A DNA stretch of 64,000 nt from Candidatus Bathyarchaeia archaeon (GTDB lineage Archaea > Thermoproteota > Bathyarchaeia > Bathyarchaeales > Bathycorpusculaceae). Below, piece by piece: positions 1-9,321 of the stretch. The notes beneath the pieces are model-generated. The model did no database searches. It was not told the DNA's origin and saw nothing but the letters and a program-made list of their open reading frames with translations. A program made the translations under genes and the position numbers. Numbering within the stretch: the first letter of the stretch is position 1; each line of letters begins with the position of its first letter. Location: the NCBI GenBank assembly GCA_049512935.1, contig JBEKWR010000008.1, positions 28,329-92,328 of the forward strand. The letters run 5' to 3'.

Positions 1-542
1 TCAACTAGAGACGCGGTCTGGATTTGAAGTGGGCTCTGCATCACCTGCTGGCTCTGCTCCGTCATGGATACGAGGGCTTGTTGTATGATGGGCGGTACTG
101 CTTGGGTAGCAACTAAAGAGCCTTTGTCAAGGTACAGTGTGACAGTGGCGTTTGTCCATTGCGACGGGTCGTTTGGCGCCGCCTGGTAAGCCGCAAGGCT
201 TTGGCTAAAGTCCGCTGGAATCACCATGACTGCCTGCACGGTTCCCTGTGATAGGTCGCTTTGCGCTGTCTGGTTGCTGGCGTAAACGTGAATGTTGATT
301 ATTTTAGTGTCAGACAATGACGTAACCAGTGTTTGCGATGCGTTAACGCTGTTTGCATGGTCCAAGTTGACGACGCCGATTTGGTAGGTTACTGTTTGGC
401 TGCCGCCGACTCCGCCCAAAGAGGCTCCGAAAGCGAACACGAAGATTATTGGGAAGAGGAAGATCATGAAAAGCACTGCTGGCTCGCGAACCGTTTTTTT
501 GAGTTCCTTTTTTACTAAAGCTGATACTCGTTGGAGCTTCAT
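1..542 (-). CDS. ABC-2 type transporter permease (3' end runs off the window)
   Basis: ATG at 542 abuts the stop of the ATPase gene. Reads MKLQRVSALVKKELKKTVREPAVLFMIFLFPIIFVFAFG..., a typical ABC-2 permease N-terminus. Not in the ORF track. Confidence 0.85.
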   Translation of the reverse strand, partial: MKLQRVSALVKKELKKTVREPAVLFMIFLFPIIFVFAFGASLGGVGGSQTVTYQIGVVNLDHANSVNASQTLVTSLSDTKIINIHVYASNQTAQSDLSQGTVQAVMVIPADFSQSLAAYQAAPNDPSQWTNATVTLYLDKGSLVATQAVPPIIQQALVSMTEQSQQVMQSPLQIQTASLV

Positions 543-1298
543 TTATGCGTCCCCCCGAATGGTTCTTCCCGTAAGTTTGATGAAAAGCTCTTCCAAGTTT
601 TTGACTTGGGCTTTAGCGATCAGGTCTTTAGGTGTTCCCAGCGCGATGAGTTTGCCATGGTCAATTATGCCTACGCGGTCGCACAGCTCCTCAGCTTCTT
701 CCATGTAATGCGTGGTCAGGATGACTGTTTTGCCTCGTATTTTTTGGTCTTTGATGAAGTCCCAGACTGCATGGCGAGACTGCGGGTCCATAGCTACCGT
801 GGGCTCATCCAAAAACACCACTTGCGGGTCATGGATTAACGCCAGAGCCAAGCTTAGCCGACGTTTCATGCCGCCGCTGTACTTAGACGCCACCCTTTTC
901 GCATCTTCCGCCAAGCCCATTCTGCCAAGAAGCATTTTACTTCTCTCCTTGAGCGCTTTTTTGCTCATCCCATTTAGGTTCCCGAAAAGCTCCAGGTTTT
1001 CTGCCCCAGTCAAGTATGGGTAAATGGCTGTTTCTTGAGTGCAAACGCCGATTAACTCTTTAACTTTCTGCGTGTCCCTTTGAACGTCGTAGCCGTAGAT
1101 TTTGGCTGTTCCGCTTGTCGGTTTTATGAGTCCGCACAGAATGTTGATGGCGGTTGTTTTTCCTGCGCCGTTGGGTCCCAGCAACCCGAAGAGTTCGCCT
1201 TTGAAGACTTGAAGGCTGAGGTTGTCCAACGCCGTTTTGTCTTCGAACCTTTTGGTGAGATTCTGAATGTTTATAGTCGATTCCGACATTTTTCCCAT
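543..1298 (-). CDS. ABC transporter ATP-binding protein (DrrA/NodI-like)
   Basis: Walker A GPNGAGKTT, signature YSGGMKRR, Walker B VFLDEPT, H-loop TTHYMEEA. Start placed at MGKMSE. Confidence 0.92.
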   Translation of the reverse strand: MGKMSESTINIQNLTKRFEDKTALDNLSLQVFKGELFGLLGPNGAGKTTAINILCGLIKPTSGTAKIYGYDVQRDTQKVKELIGVCTQETAIYPYLTGAENLELFGNLNGMSKKALKERSKMLLGRMGLAEDAKRVASKYSGGMKRRLSLALALIHDPQVVFLDEPTVAMDPQSRHAVWDFIKDQKIRGKTVILTTHYMEEAEELCDRVGIIDHGKLIALGTPKDLIAKAQVKNLEELFIKLTGRTIRGDA

Positions 1299-1437
1299 CT
1301 CAAGTTCCCAGTAGGCGCGGCGCAATTTAGTTTCATGTTTAGGGGTTGCAGAAAGAAAAGCCTCTTTGTAGACAGTAAAAAGTTTCTTTTTAACTAAAAC
1401 TGGTTAAAAAAAGCCCATGCCTCAGAATCTGCCGTTG

Positions 1438-2340
1438 CTACGGGATTTCATCCATCCACGTTGGAAAAATGTAGCCCGTGTACAACACGTTCGGCAGTAC
1501 AGCCTGCACCGTCGGCTCGTTTTCTAAGCTTTCCCGAAGGTCACGGAGCTCTTTCGCGGTGGGCGTCCACGCCATGAAAAGGTAGCTGTTTGGTATGTTG
1601 CTGAATCCCCAGTAGAAGATTACGTTCGGGCAGTGTTTTTGCCAGATAGCGTTGACGGCGTTGGGGTCAGCTTCGGGTTTCAGTTGAAGGAGAAAGGTGC
1701 CTATTATGTCGTTAGAAGCGTCAGGGTACCAATCCATCGACAACGAAATGAGGTAGTTCTTGATCATTCGGTTGAGCCTCCGCCGAACCGTTTTAGCTGA
1801 TACGCCGAGTTCTTCAGCAATTTCCGACGTGGGCTTGCGTGAATTATCCTTCAGTGAACGAACGATTTTGTAGTCAAGCTCGCAAAGGCTCGTTTCGGGG
1901 TTAGCAATAAACTTCATGTAAGGTGGTATAGGCGAAACCGTTATGCCAACCGTGGGCTCAGGCATCTGAGCTGCCTCTTTGACGAAGCGGACCAGCCCAT
2001 CCAATTCGCCGATGCTTTTCAGGTAAGCGCCGATATACAGGATGTTGCCGCCGCCTACTGCCAACCAGTAGATGGAGCCGTTTTTTTCCAGTTTCGGGTT
2101 TAAGCCGCGGATCAAATTAGCCTTGGAAGCCCCGAAAACAAGAACGTGAATGCCGCCTTTGGCGACTGGGCTGAGTTTAGCGGTGAATTTGCGTATGACG
2201 CCCATCTGGATTAAGGTTTGAATGCGGTTGTGGACGGCGGTGACGGAGAGGTTCAGCTTTTCTCCGAGTTCACGGTAAGAAAGTCTGGAATTTGAAAGCA
2301 GCAGCTGGCACAGAATCACATCCGTCTTGTCCAAGGTCAC
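1438..2340 (-). CDS. Lrp/AsnC-family transcriptional regulator with two tandem HTH modules
   Basis: Two AsnC-type HTHs: LDKTD..NSRLSYRELGEKLNLS and LDYKIVRSLKDNSRKPTSEIAEELGVS. Confidence 0.85.
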   Translation of the reverse strand: MTLDKTDVILCQLLLSNSRLSYRELGEKLNLSVTAVHNRIQTLIQMGVIRKFTAKLSPVAKGGIHVLVFGASKANLIRGLNPKLEKNGSIYWLAVGGGNILYIGAYLKSIGELDGLVRFVKEAAQMPEPTVGITVSPIPPYMKFIANPETSLCELDYKIVRSLKDNSRKPTSEIAEELGVSAKTVRRRLNRMIKNYLISLSMDWYPDASNDIIGTFLLQLKPEADPNAVNAIWQKHCPNVIFYWGFSNIPNSYLFMAWTPTAKELRDLRESLENEPTVQAVLPNVLYTGYIFPTWMDEIP

Positions 2341-2552
2341 ACCATACTCCGCTTCTATATCGCAGACAGCTTAAAACTTTTAGCATTGCTTGTTGTAAAT
2401 GCCGAAAAATTACCCGACTTTCCTTCCCTCTCGGTTTCTGATGAATATTCTAGTGAAAGCACCAAAGCTTTGAAACAGGCATAACAAAAAATAGAATTAA
2501 ATAAGCTGGCAGACCATGGGTTAATAGCTGAGTTTGAGGGGAGCCGCCGAAG

Positions 2553-4247
2553 TTGAAGCACAAAAAAGCCGTCTTAGCCGTGTTGCTTGTGGCTATCGTG
2601 GTTGTAGCCTTTTTTGTAGCTTACAACTTGGATACCCCAGCAAAGCAAACGGAGGCGGCGTCCAAGCCTTTCTACCTTGGGATTGAAACAGGGTGGAACG
2701 CCAACGTCAGCCAATGCGAAGCGTCGATTGATCAAGTTAAGGGTTACACCAACCTTTACATCATCGCCTCGCCGCTTATCCTGCGCAACGAAACGATGCT
2801 TAACGAGGTCTGCGACTACGCCTACAACGCGGGCATGTACATTATGCCAGCTTGGTACCAAGACCTCTTCAACACAAGCCTCGGTTACGCTCCAGCCTCG
2901 TGGTTCACAACGGCGAAGGAACGGTACGGCGACAAGCTGCTGGGAATTTACTTTTATGATGAGCCGGGAGGAAGTCAGCTGGACGAAACCATTAACTTCA
3001 CGTCGAATAACGCTTACAACGAAACAAGCCAGCCCATCAGCTACCAAGACTACGCTAACTGGTACTTCCAAATATGGACACAGGGTAACGGCGTGCCAGT
3101 TGCAGCCAACTTGACGCGAAGCCTTGGCCCTTCACTGTTCACTTCAGACTACGCCCTGTACTGGTTCGACTACCAGCTCGGGTACGACACGGTGCTTGCC
3201 GAGCTCGGCTGGAACAACAGCAGACCGTTGCAGGTTAGCTTGGTGAGGGGCGCGGCGGAAGCCCAGAACAAGAGTTGGGGAGCCATCATAACATGGACGT
3301 ACGATCAGGCACCCTACCTGGAGACGCCGTCTCAGTTGTACAATGACATGGTTTTGGCTTACAATTCAGGCGCGTCGTACATAGCCATCTACGACTCGTC
3401 CAAAAACTACGTAAACACAACGTTGACAAACCCAGAATACTTTACCAAGCTGAAAGAGTTCTGGAGTTACGTGCAACAGAACCCCGAGAAGCAAGGCAAC
3501 CTCAAAGCAAACGTTGCAGTTGTCCTTCCGCAGGATTACGGATTCGGGTTCCGCAACGAAAACGATTCAGTCTGGCAATACCACGCCGCAACAGCTTGGA
3601 CCCAGCAACTGTACAACGACGTCACAAACCTCCTGACGCAATACAAGTCAGGCTTAAACATCGTTTACAGCGACCCCCAGTTCCAAGGCGCCATCAAAAG
3701 CGAATACAGTAAAATTCTCTATTGGCCGCAGGACTTCGAAAAAGGCGTAAGCTACCCGGTCACGGACTTAAACGACAGCTTAGGGTACAGCACCATTCAA
3801 GACGCGGTGTCCTCGTTTGCAACTTATGAGGGTGACACCATCCTAGTCGACTCTGGAACGTATCAGGGAAACATAAACGTAAACAAAACCGTCTCTTTAA
3901 CCAGCCAAAGCAGTGGCACCACTACAATAGAAGGCGTTGGCAATGGGACAGCTTTAACGATTGCCGCTGACAACGTGGCTGTAACGGGCTTCACCGTCAA
4001 AAACGCTGATTACCCCGCTTCAACGGTGGGAACTGGGATTTTGCTTGAAAATGCCCATGGCTGCACAGTAACAGATAACGTTGTCGCTGGCAATTACATA
4101 GGAGTTCTTCTTAACAGTTCAACCTCTAACGTTTTTAGAGGCAACCAAATCAACGGCAACACGTACAACCTGATACTTCAAAACTCGTCGCCAAACAGCA
4201 TCGACAGCTCAAACACGGTCGGCGGTAAACCCTATACCGCAGGATAA
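2553..4247 (+). CDS. Membrane-anchored/secreted protein: putative glycoside-hydrolase-like barrel plus C-terminal NosD/parallel beta-helix
   Basis: N-terminal signal anchor, YFYDEPGG motif, C-terminal YSTIQDAV..GDTILV..GTY..NINVNK beta-helix repeats, many N-x-S/T sequons. Confidence 0.7.
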   Translation: MKHKKAVLAVLLVAIVVVAFFVAYNLDTPAKQTEAASKPFYLGIETGWNANVSQCEASIDQVKGYTNLYIIASPLILRNETMLNEVCDYAYNAGMYIMPAWYQDLFNTSLGYAPASWFTTAKERYGDKLLGIYFYDEPGGSQLDETINFTSNNAYNETSQPISYQDYANWYFQIWTQGNGVPVAANLTRSLGPSLFTSDYALYWFDYQLGYDTVLAELGWNNSRPLQVSLVRGAAEAQNKSWGAIITWTYDQAPYLETPSQLYNDMVLAYNSGASYIAIYDSSKNYVNTTLTNPEYFTKLKEFWSYVQQNPEKQGNLKANVAVVLPQDYGFGFRNENDSVWQYHAATAWTQQLYNDVTNLLTQYKSGLNIVYSDPQFQGAIKSEYSKILYWPQDFEKGVSYPVTDLNDSLGYSTIQDAVSSFATYEGDTILVDSGTYQGNINVNKTVSLTSQSSGTTTIEGVGNGTALTIAADNVAVTGFTVKNADYPASTVGTGILLENAHGCTVTDNVVAGNYIGVLLNSSTSNVFRGNQINGNTYNLILQNSSPNSIDSSNTVGGKPYTAG

Positions 4248-4380
4248 ACACGTCACAACCAAGCATCTCCAAATTCGGTTTGGCTAACCCCTTTGTTTCC
4301 CTTAGAAGCGGTTGTTGTAGGCACTATACAGTCACAACTTCTAAAGAACACAGACATGCCTCATTGATTGAGGAAAAACT

Positions 4381-4959
4381 TTGAAAATTGCAATCATCGG
4401 AAAAGGCAACGTTGGCACCGCGTTGGGCAAAGGCTTAGCGGGCAAACATGAAGTGAAATTTGGTCACCGAGACCCAGCCGAACCCGTTGCTCAAGCCGCA
4501 AAATGGGGAGAAATAATAATCCTTGCAGTACCTCACGAAAATGCTGACGACGCGGTCAAAGAGATCAAGCCTTACGCTGACGGGAAAATCGTCATCGACG
4601 TCACAAACGCCATAGGAGAAAACATGGAGCTAGCAATAAGCTGCAACACCTCAACGGCGGAAGAAACCCAGAAGAAACTGCCCAAAGCCCGCGTGGTCAA
4701 GGCTTTCAACACCGTTTTCGCCGCCAACCAAAGCACTGGCAAAGTAGGCAGCGAAAAATTAACGGCTTTCATCGCGGGCGATGACTCGAAAGCTAAGCAG
4801 ACCGTCGCTCAGTTAACACGGGACCTCGGGTTTGACCCTGTAGACTGCGGACCATTAATGGCTGCACGGTACCTTGACGCCATAGGAATACTGATAATCA
4901 ACTTGGCCTTCAAGCACGGGATGGGCCCAAAAATTGGTTACAGACTTGTCAGAGGATAA
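4381..4959 (+). CDS. F420-dependent NADP oxidoreductase family (NADPH:F420 reductase-like)
   Basis: Rossmann IIGKGNVG, IDVTN, VVKAFNT and AGDD motifs. Confidence 0.85.
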   Translation: MKIAIIGKGNVGTALGKGLAGKHEVKFGHRDPAEPVAQAAKWGEIIILAVPHENADDAVKEIKPYADGKIVIDVTNAIGENMELAISCNTSTAEETQKKLPKARVVKAFNTVFAANQSTGKVGSEKLTAFIAGDDSKAKQTVAQLTRDLGFDPVDCGPLMAARYLDAIGILIINLAFKHGMGPKIGYRLVRG

Positions 4960-5117
4960 ACTTTTGCGTTTGCACACTTAACGAAGAATCCAATACCTAT
5001 TAAGCTTAATTAATGGCGAGCAGAGGGTTGGTTTCCCTTCCTCAGTAAAAGGTCATCTACCGTCTTGAACTTAAGTGAGGCTTTTAAGGCGAAAAACCAC
5101 TCTGACGCAAATGCTAG

Positions 5118-5139
5118 TGCAGGAGGTGGGATTTGAACC
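5118..5139 (-). pseudogene. tRNA-Leu 3'-end fragment (att-like)
   Basis: Minus strand reads GGTTCAAATCCCACCTCCTGCA: T-loop, 3' T-stem and acceptor strand complementary to GCAGGAG (archaeal tRNA-Leu type). No 5' half is present. Confidence 0.7.
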
Positions 5140-5182
5140 TCCCAATGCGTGGAGATGTCACCCACGTTCCCCCTTTTTTATT
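5132..5182 (+). repeat. Degenerate direct repeat, copy A (partner 6566-6616)
   Basis: 39/51 ungapped identity to 6566-6616 by manual alignment. Confidence 0.75.
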
Positions 5183-5505
5183 GAACATTTCGAGTTTTTC
5201 AAGCGCTTGGTTTGATTTTTAGTTTATACTTAGTGGCTTGTCATCGTCACTTAAAATAGCATTTAAGATTTTCTCTGACTATAACCAGCGTCTAACATCA
5301 TAAACCCATGAATTATCTGCGCAAGCATTAATCCAATATAAGTTTGGTCAAAATGGTCATAGTAGAAATTCAAAGTTAACTCGCATAAAGAACCTATTGT
5401 GGACCCTGTCTGTTGAAGACTTTGACCTTTCACGTATTTGTGTGAAACCAAGTTAACCATTAAATATATCTAACAACTTTGTTTCTCCTATCTGAAGATG
5501 TAAAA

Positions 5506-6360
5506 ATGAAAGAATTTGAGAAAATTAGCCCAACTGCTAAACTTGTAGCTTATTCAAGAACGTTTACTGACATTCCCTTTGCTAAAGAGATTGCAATTAA
5601 AAGTAACGCTAAACAATCCTTCGAAGAACAGACTGGGGATATTCGAGGTTCTCCTATCTGGGAAGCACGATATAAAGTCACTGATAAAATAATCAAAGAA
5701 CATGGCATAACTCAAGTTTTAGAGATTGCCGCTGGACTGTCTCCTCGTGGTTTATCGATGACAAGAAATTCCGATGTCGTATATGTAGCAACTGATTTGC
5801 CTCAAATTCTGGAAGAAGAAAAGGAAATTGCTCAGTCAATTCTTGCTCAGTCAAATGAATCACGTCCGAATCTCCACTTTCAAGCAGTAAATGCTCTTGA
5901 CATGGAGAGTTTATCGAAGGCTGTTAATTTTTTCAAAAAAGACAAATCTCTTGCAGTTATCACTGAAGGACTTTTACCGTATTTTTCAATGGAAGAAAAA
6001 CAAACCTTAGCTAAAAACATCCATAAAATATTCAGTGAATATTCTGGCTGTTGGATTACTAACGAGGTTTATAGCAAGGACGCACTAAAAAAAATTAGCC
6101 AATCAGCAGATGATTTTACTAAAAATCGTATGAAACAGGACCAGTACAACATTCTCTCTGGACAAAATGTTTTCTCCGATGATGATGAAATAAAAAGATT
6201 TTTTGAAAAAGAAGGTTTTAAAATTGAGAAATATCCTCATTCAAAAATCTTCGGAGACTTAACGTCGGTAAAAAACTTGGGTCTTAGTGAACAAGAGATA
6301 GTAAAAGTAAAGCAACTTCTGGATATTAAAGATACACTGATTTTAACGCCATCTTACTGA
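5506..6360 (+). CDS. Class I SAM-dependent methyltransferase (leucine carboxyl methyltransferase-like)
   Basis: QVLEIAAGLSPRG, TDLP and ITEGLLPY motifs. Markedly AT-rich relative to the flanks. Confidence 0.8.
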   Translation: MKEFEKISPTAKLVAYSRTFTDIPFAKEIAIKSNAKQSFEEQTGDIRGSPIWEARYKVTDKIIKEHGITQVLEIAAGLSPRGLSMTRNSDVVYVATDLPQILEEEKEIAQSILAQSNESRPNLHFQAVNALDMESLSKAVNFFKKDKSLAVITEGLLPYFSMEEKQTLAKNIHKIFSEYSGCWITNEVYSKDALKKISQSADDFTKNRMKQDQYNILSGQNVFSDDDEIKRFFEKEGFKIEKYPHSKIFGDLTSVKNLGLSEQEIVKVKQLLDIKDTLILTPSY

Positions 6361-6565
6361 TATTATGTTAACGGAATAAAGGGAATTAACACATTTAAAC
6401 TGTTTTCAGAAGTCCTGCGTAAGACCATGGACATGCGGTTCTGTCAACATGTCTTCCACTTCATCTTGAGACCTCTTTACAAGAAATGAAAGTAGTTTTT
6501 GGTCCTAATTAAAGAGTTTTTGATGGTCCGGGACAAACTCCCTGCAATTTACGGATCAGGGTTCC

Positions 6566-6616
6566 TTTGAACCGCCTAAGCTGTGGAGTTATCGCCCTCA
6601 TTTCCCTTTTTTTATT
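6566..6616 (+). repeat. Degenerate direct repeat, copy B (partner 5132-5182)
   Basis: tttgaaccgcctaagctgtggagttatcgccctcatttcccttttttttatt-like sequence aligns to copy A. Confidence 0.75.
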
Positions 6617-7080
6617 ACGGTTAACGCTTGGTTCATCAGCCTTGTTCATTAGCCAGAATCAATAAAGTTTTTATTTTTCCGCTAAATATTCCTCATTAGG
6701 CATGAAGAACCAAAAGAAGAACCGCAAAGTGAGACGCAAAGAAATCTTGGCCGAAATTCTATCTCAGCAAAGTCCATAGCGGTTAGTAAAATATTGAATC
6801 CTTAGAAGAAAAACATGCGCCTTAGGTTCTGGCAAAGGCGGCACTTAGTTGATGTGCCAAATTTTATAACTCCACACACGAACTTCATTGGTGGTCGTTT
6901 CGCTTTCAAAAACTGTTATTTTTGGGTATACAACTGAACCTTCTTGTTCTTTCAATTTTACAATTCCATTATAGAATTGAGGATCTTCGCTTTTTGCCGC
7001 CAGCAGTTCCCAGTTCAGTTATGAGTTTTCCGAGTGACTTTGTCCCGCTTACTGGTGGGTGGGCTGGTTTTCTGGGGTAG

Positions 7081-7470
7081 TTATTTTATGAATAGTACGC
7101 CTTTAAGTTTTTTGAAATGCTCATCGCCTGTGACAACATCTGCTTTTTTGATCACTCCCGTTGCGTAGACCACAGAGTCCGCAAGTCCCCACCCATCGAT
7201 TTCCTTTTTCATTTTACATTGCGTTTTCGCTGCTTCAACTGCTATTAATTCGTCCAGCTGAGCCAGGGAGCTTTTTTCTTTAATGAATGTTCTTTGCTTT
7301 TCGGCGTGTTCTTTCCCTTCCACTTTTAGGGTTTTCTCGTAGACTTCGGCTAGGCATATTGTAGGAGTTATTTTTTCTTCGGAGCTTTCAATTAGGGGTT
7401 TGGCTTTTTCGCCTGCTTCTGTTCCCATGAAGTACGCTAACCATGCATAGGAGTCGATGACGTATTTCAT
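7081..7470 (-). CDS. vapC: VapC PIN-domain toxin
   Basis: YVIDSYAW, LAEV, LADSVVYAT and TGDEHF PIN motifs. Overlaps the upstream antitoxin. Confidence 0.9.
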   Translation of the reverse strand: MKYVIDSYAWLAYFMGTEAGEKAKPLIESSEEKITPTICLAEVYEKTLKVEGKEHAEKQRTFIKEKSSLAQLDELIAVEAAKTQCKMKKEIDGWGLADSVVYATGVIKKADVVTGDEHFKKLKGVLFIK

Positions 7471-7667
7471 AGGCAGCGATCCTTATGATCTCTGACGTCT
7501 GTGAGGTCTGCCTCTTTCATGGTGCCAAACATGCTTTCTGTCTTTGAAAAGTATTCGATGAGAATTTTGTTTATTTGGCTTGAAATGTTTCGGGCGCCTG
7601 CCTTCTCTTTCAAAGTTTGGTAGACGTCATCCCGCAAGGTTATAGTGGTTTTCTTCGCCATAAACAT
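7467..7667 (-). CDS. vapB: VapB-type antitoxin
   Basis: KTTITLRDDVYQTLK RHH-like start, SMFG..DVRDHKDR tail, 4-nt overlap with vapC. Confidence 0.8.
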   Translation of the reverse strand: MFMAKKTTITLRDDVYQTLKEKAGARNISSQINKILIEYFSKTESMFGTMKEADLTDVRDHKDRCL

Positions 7668-7713
7668 AACCGTAAATATCTATGTCTAAGCCTTCTTTTA
7701 AGGTTGCTGAAGT

Positions 7714-7958
7714 AGAAAAACAAAACCCAAGCAAAACCGAACCTGCCGCCGAATAAGCCGCCGCGCCCATAACCGACAATAACTTTAACATGGCGTCAAC
7801 ATTGAAAGTCGCAACCCGCCCATAGCAAAGTCGCAACGTTCAAGCAGAAGCCAAGCCTAAACCAAAAAAGCAACATAAAACGCAAAGAGCCACGGCGGAA
7901 AGTCGCAACTTATCCGTAGCAAAAGTCGCAACTTAAATTTTTACGGAAAAAACCAACA
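7714..7958 (+). repeat. Dispersed non-coding element with 4 AAAGTCGCAAC boxes, copy 1
   Basis: Boxes at 7805, 7827, 7899 and 7922. Alignable throughout to the reverse complement of 33779-34044. Confidence 0.92.
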
Positions 7959-8096
7959 TCACAGCAAACAGCCGACAAACCAGCAAAAAAGAGCAATTCC
8001 ACGAAAAAAGCCTGAGGTCTCCATGTTTCAGGGGAAAAGTTTAAGGGTTAACGTTAGTTATGATTTCGCGTATTCCTAATCTTTGAGGTTTATAGT

Positions 8097-8654
8097 TTGA
8101 CCACTAAACTTGAATCCATAGAAGAACGCAAGGCAGAAGTCCTGATAAAACTTCGAAAATACAAGCTTATTGAAAAAGAAACAGGAAAGTATGAAGGCGC
8201 ATTATCCTACATAGTTGATATTCCTCAGGACAAAGAAAAAGCCCTAATCTGGTGCATCTTGGGCGAAGCAACCGTCGGCATAGCCGCAATGAACACCCTG
8301 TACAAAGTGATGAAGGAAAAAGAAATTGACCGCGCAATAGTCGTCACCGAAGGACGTTACACACATGCGGTGAAACTTGGCGCAAAAAAGAAACAGGTCG
8401 AACTGCTCCCAAAGTCTTTCCCAGTCTTCGACATTTTCGAGCACGCGCTTGTGCCACTACATGAAATCCTAAGCGAAAAAGAAAAAGCCCAGCTTCTCGC
8501 CCAATACAGGGTTCAACCTTACCAGATGCCGCAGATAAAGTCAGGCGACCCAGCAGTGAAAGCCATAGGTGCGAAACCTGGTGACGTGCTGAAAATCACG
8601 AGGAAAAGCACAACGGCAGGCGAGCACATAACCTACAGATACGTAGTTGAGTAA
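8097..8654 (+). CDS. rpoH: DNA-directed RNA polymerase subunit Rpo5/RpoH with long N-terminal domain
   Basis: C-terminal [47 protein letters not shown] is diagnostic. About 105 extra N-terminal residues. Confidence 0.93.
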   Translation: MTTKLESIEERKAEVLIKLRKYKLIEKETGKYEGALSYIVDIPQDKEKALIWCILGEATVGIAAMNTLYKVMKEKEIDRAIVVTEGRYTHAVKLGAKKKQVELLPKSFPVFDIFEHALVPLHEILSEKEKAQLLAQYRVQPYQMPQIKSGDPAVKAIGAKPGDVLKITRKSTTAGEHITYRYVVE

Positions 8655-8763
8655 AAAAACGGGTGGGCAATAGTCTATTTTTTAGACTATACCAAAATGA
8701 AATTTGATGAATGCCCGTTTGGCTTGAAAAGAAAGAGCGGTTTTTTCAAGAAAAAAAAAGAAA

Positions 8764-9321
8764 TTACTTGGCAATTATTACTTCTGTTGACTTCATGATG
8801 GCTTCTACCTCGTCGCCTACCTTAATATCCAAGTCTTCAACTGCCTCTTTCGTTATAACTGCAGTGATAGTCACGGGCATTTTCACTTCAACCTTCACTT
8901 TTGCTGTAATAACTCCCTTTTCGACAGCAACAACTTTTCCTTTAAAACGGTTCCTCGCACTTAACTTCAAAGCTTTCACCTCCAAGCCTCCCGGATTAGC
9001 CAAAACCCTACCAAAATAGCTCTCAGCCTGCTTGTACTCTGCCAGCAGGTTTCTTGCCAGATCCGTTAGCTTTGCTCCGCCGCCTCCAGTTTTGCCGCCC
9101 TTGTAGGTTTCAACTATGGGCTGGTCAAGCGTCTGCTGAATGTCATGAAGGTAATTCCACACGTAACGGTAGGACATGCCTAAGCTTACCGCGGCTTTAG
9201 AAATGCTGTTTTCTTTGTCGACGGCTTCCAGAATTTCCGCTCCGCCTTTGCCAATTAACGGTTTGTCTTGGTATTCGAGCCACACTTTGCATGAGAGCTT
9301 ATGTTTCTTGTTAGAAAGCAT
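8764..9321 (-). CDS. modE: ModE-family regulator (wHTH plus TOBE/Mop domain)
   Basis: SISKAAVSLGMSYRYVW..GGKTGGGAKLT and SARNRFKGKV..AIMKSTEV. Adjacent to the tungstate ABC operon. Confidence 0.9.
   Translation of the reverse strand: MLSNKKHKLSCKVWLEYQDKPLIGKGGAEILEAVDKENSISKAAVSLGMSYRYVWNYLHDIQQTLDQPIVETYKGGKTGGGGAKLTDLARNLLAEYKQAESYFGRVLANPGGLEVKALKLSARNRFKGKVVAVEKGVITAKVKVEVKMPVTITAVITKEAVEDLDIKVGDEVEAIMKSTEVIIAK

Noticed and set aside
6702-6779. Ribosomal protein L41e
   Set aside because: Similar size and basic, but lacks the KW.KKR.RRL pattern.
7627-7836. ORFs 7627-7836, 33718-33936, 33829-34179 and 33975-34160
   Set aside because: Translations of the non-coding repeat element; their similarity to each other comes from the repeat, and starts and stops are not conserved between copies.
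7805-7932. AAAGTCGCAAC repeats as a CRISPR or mini-CRISPR array
   Set aside because: Repeats are only 11 bp, the intervals (11, 61, 12 bp) are irregular and conserved between copies, and there are no cas genes.
8010-8045. ORB-like replication origin motif
   Set aside because: Only a loose TCCA..GGGG resemblance, no repeated ORBs and no cdc6/orc1 nearby; better explained as the rpoH BRE/TATA.
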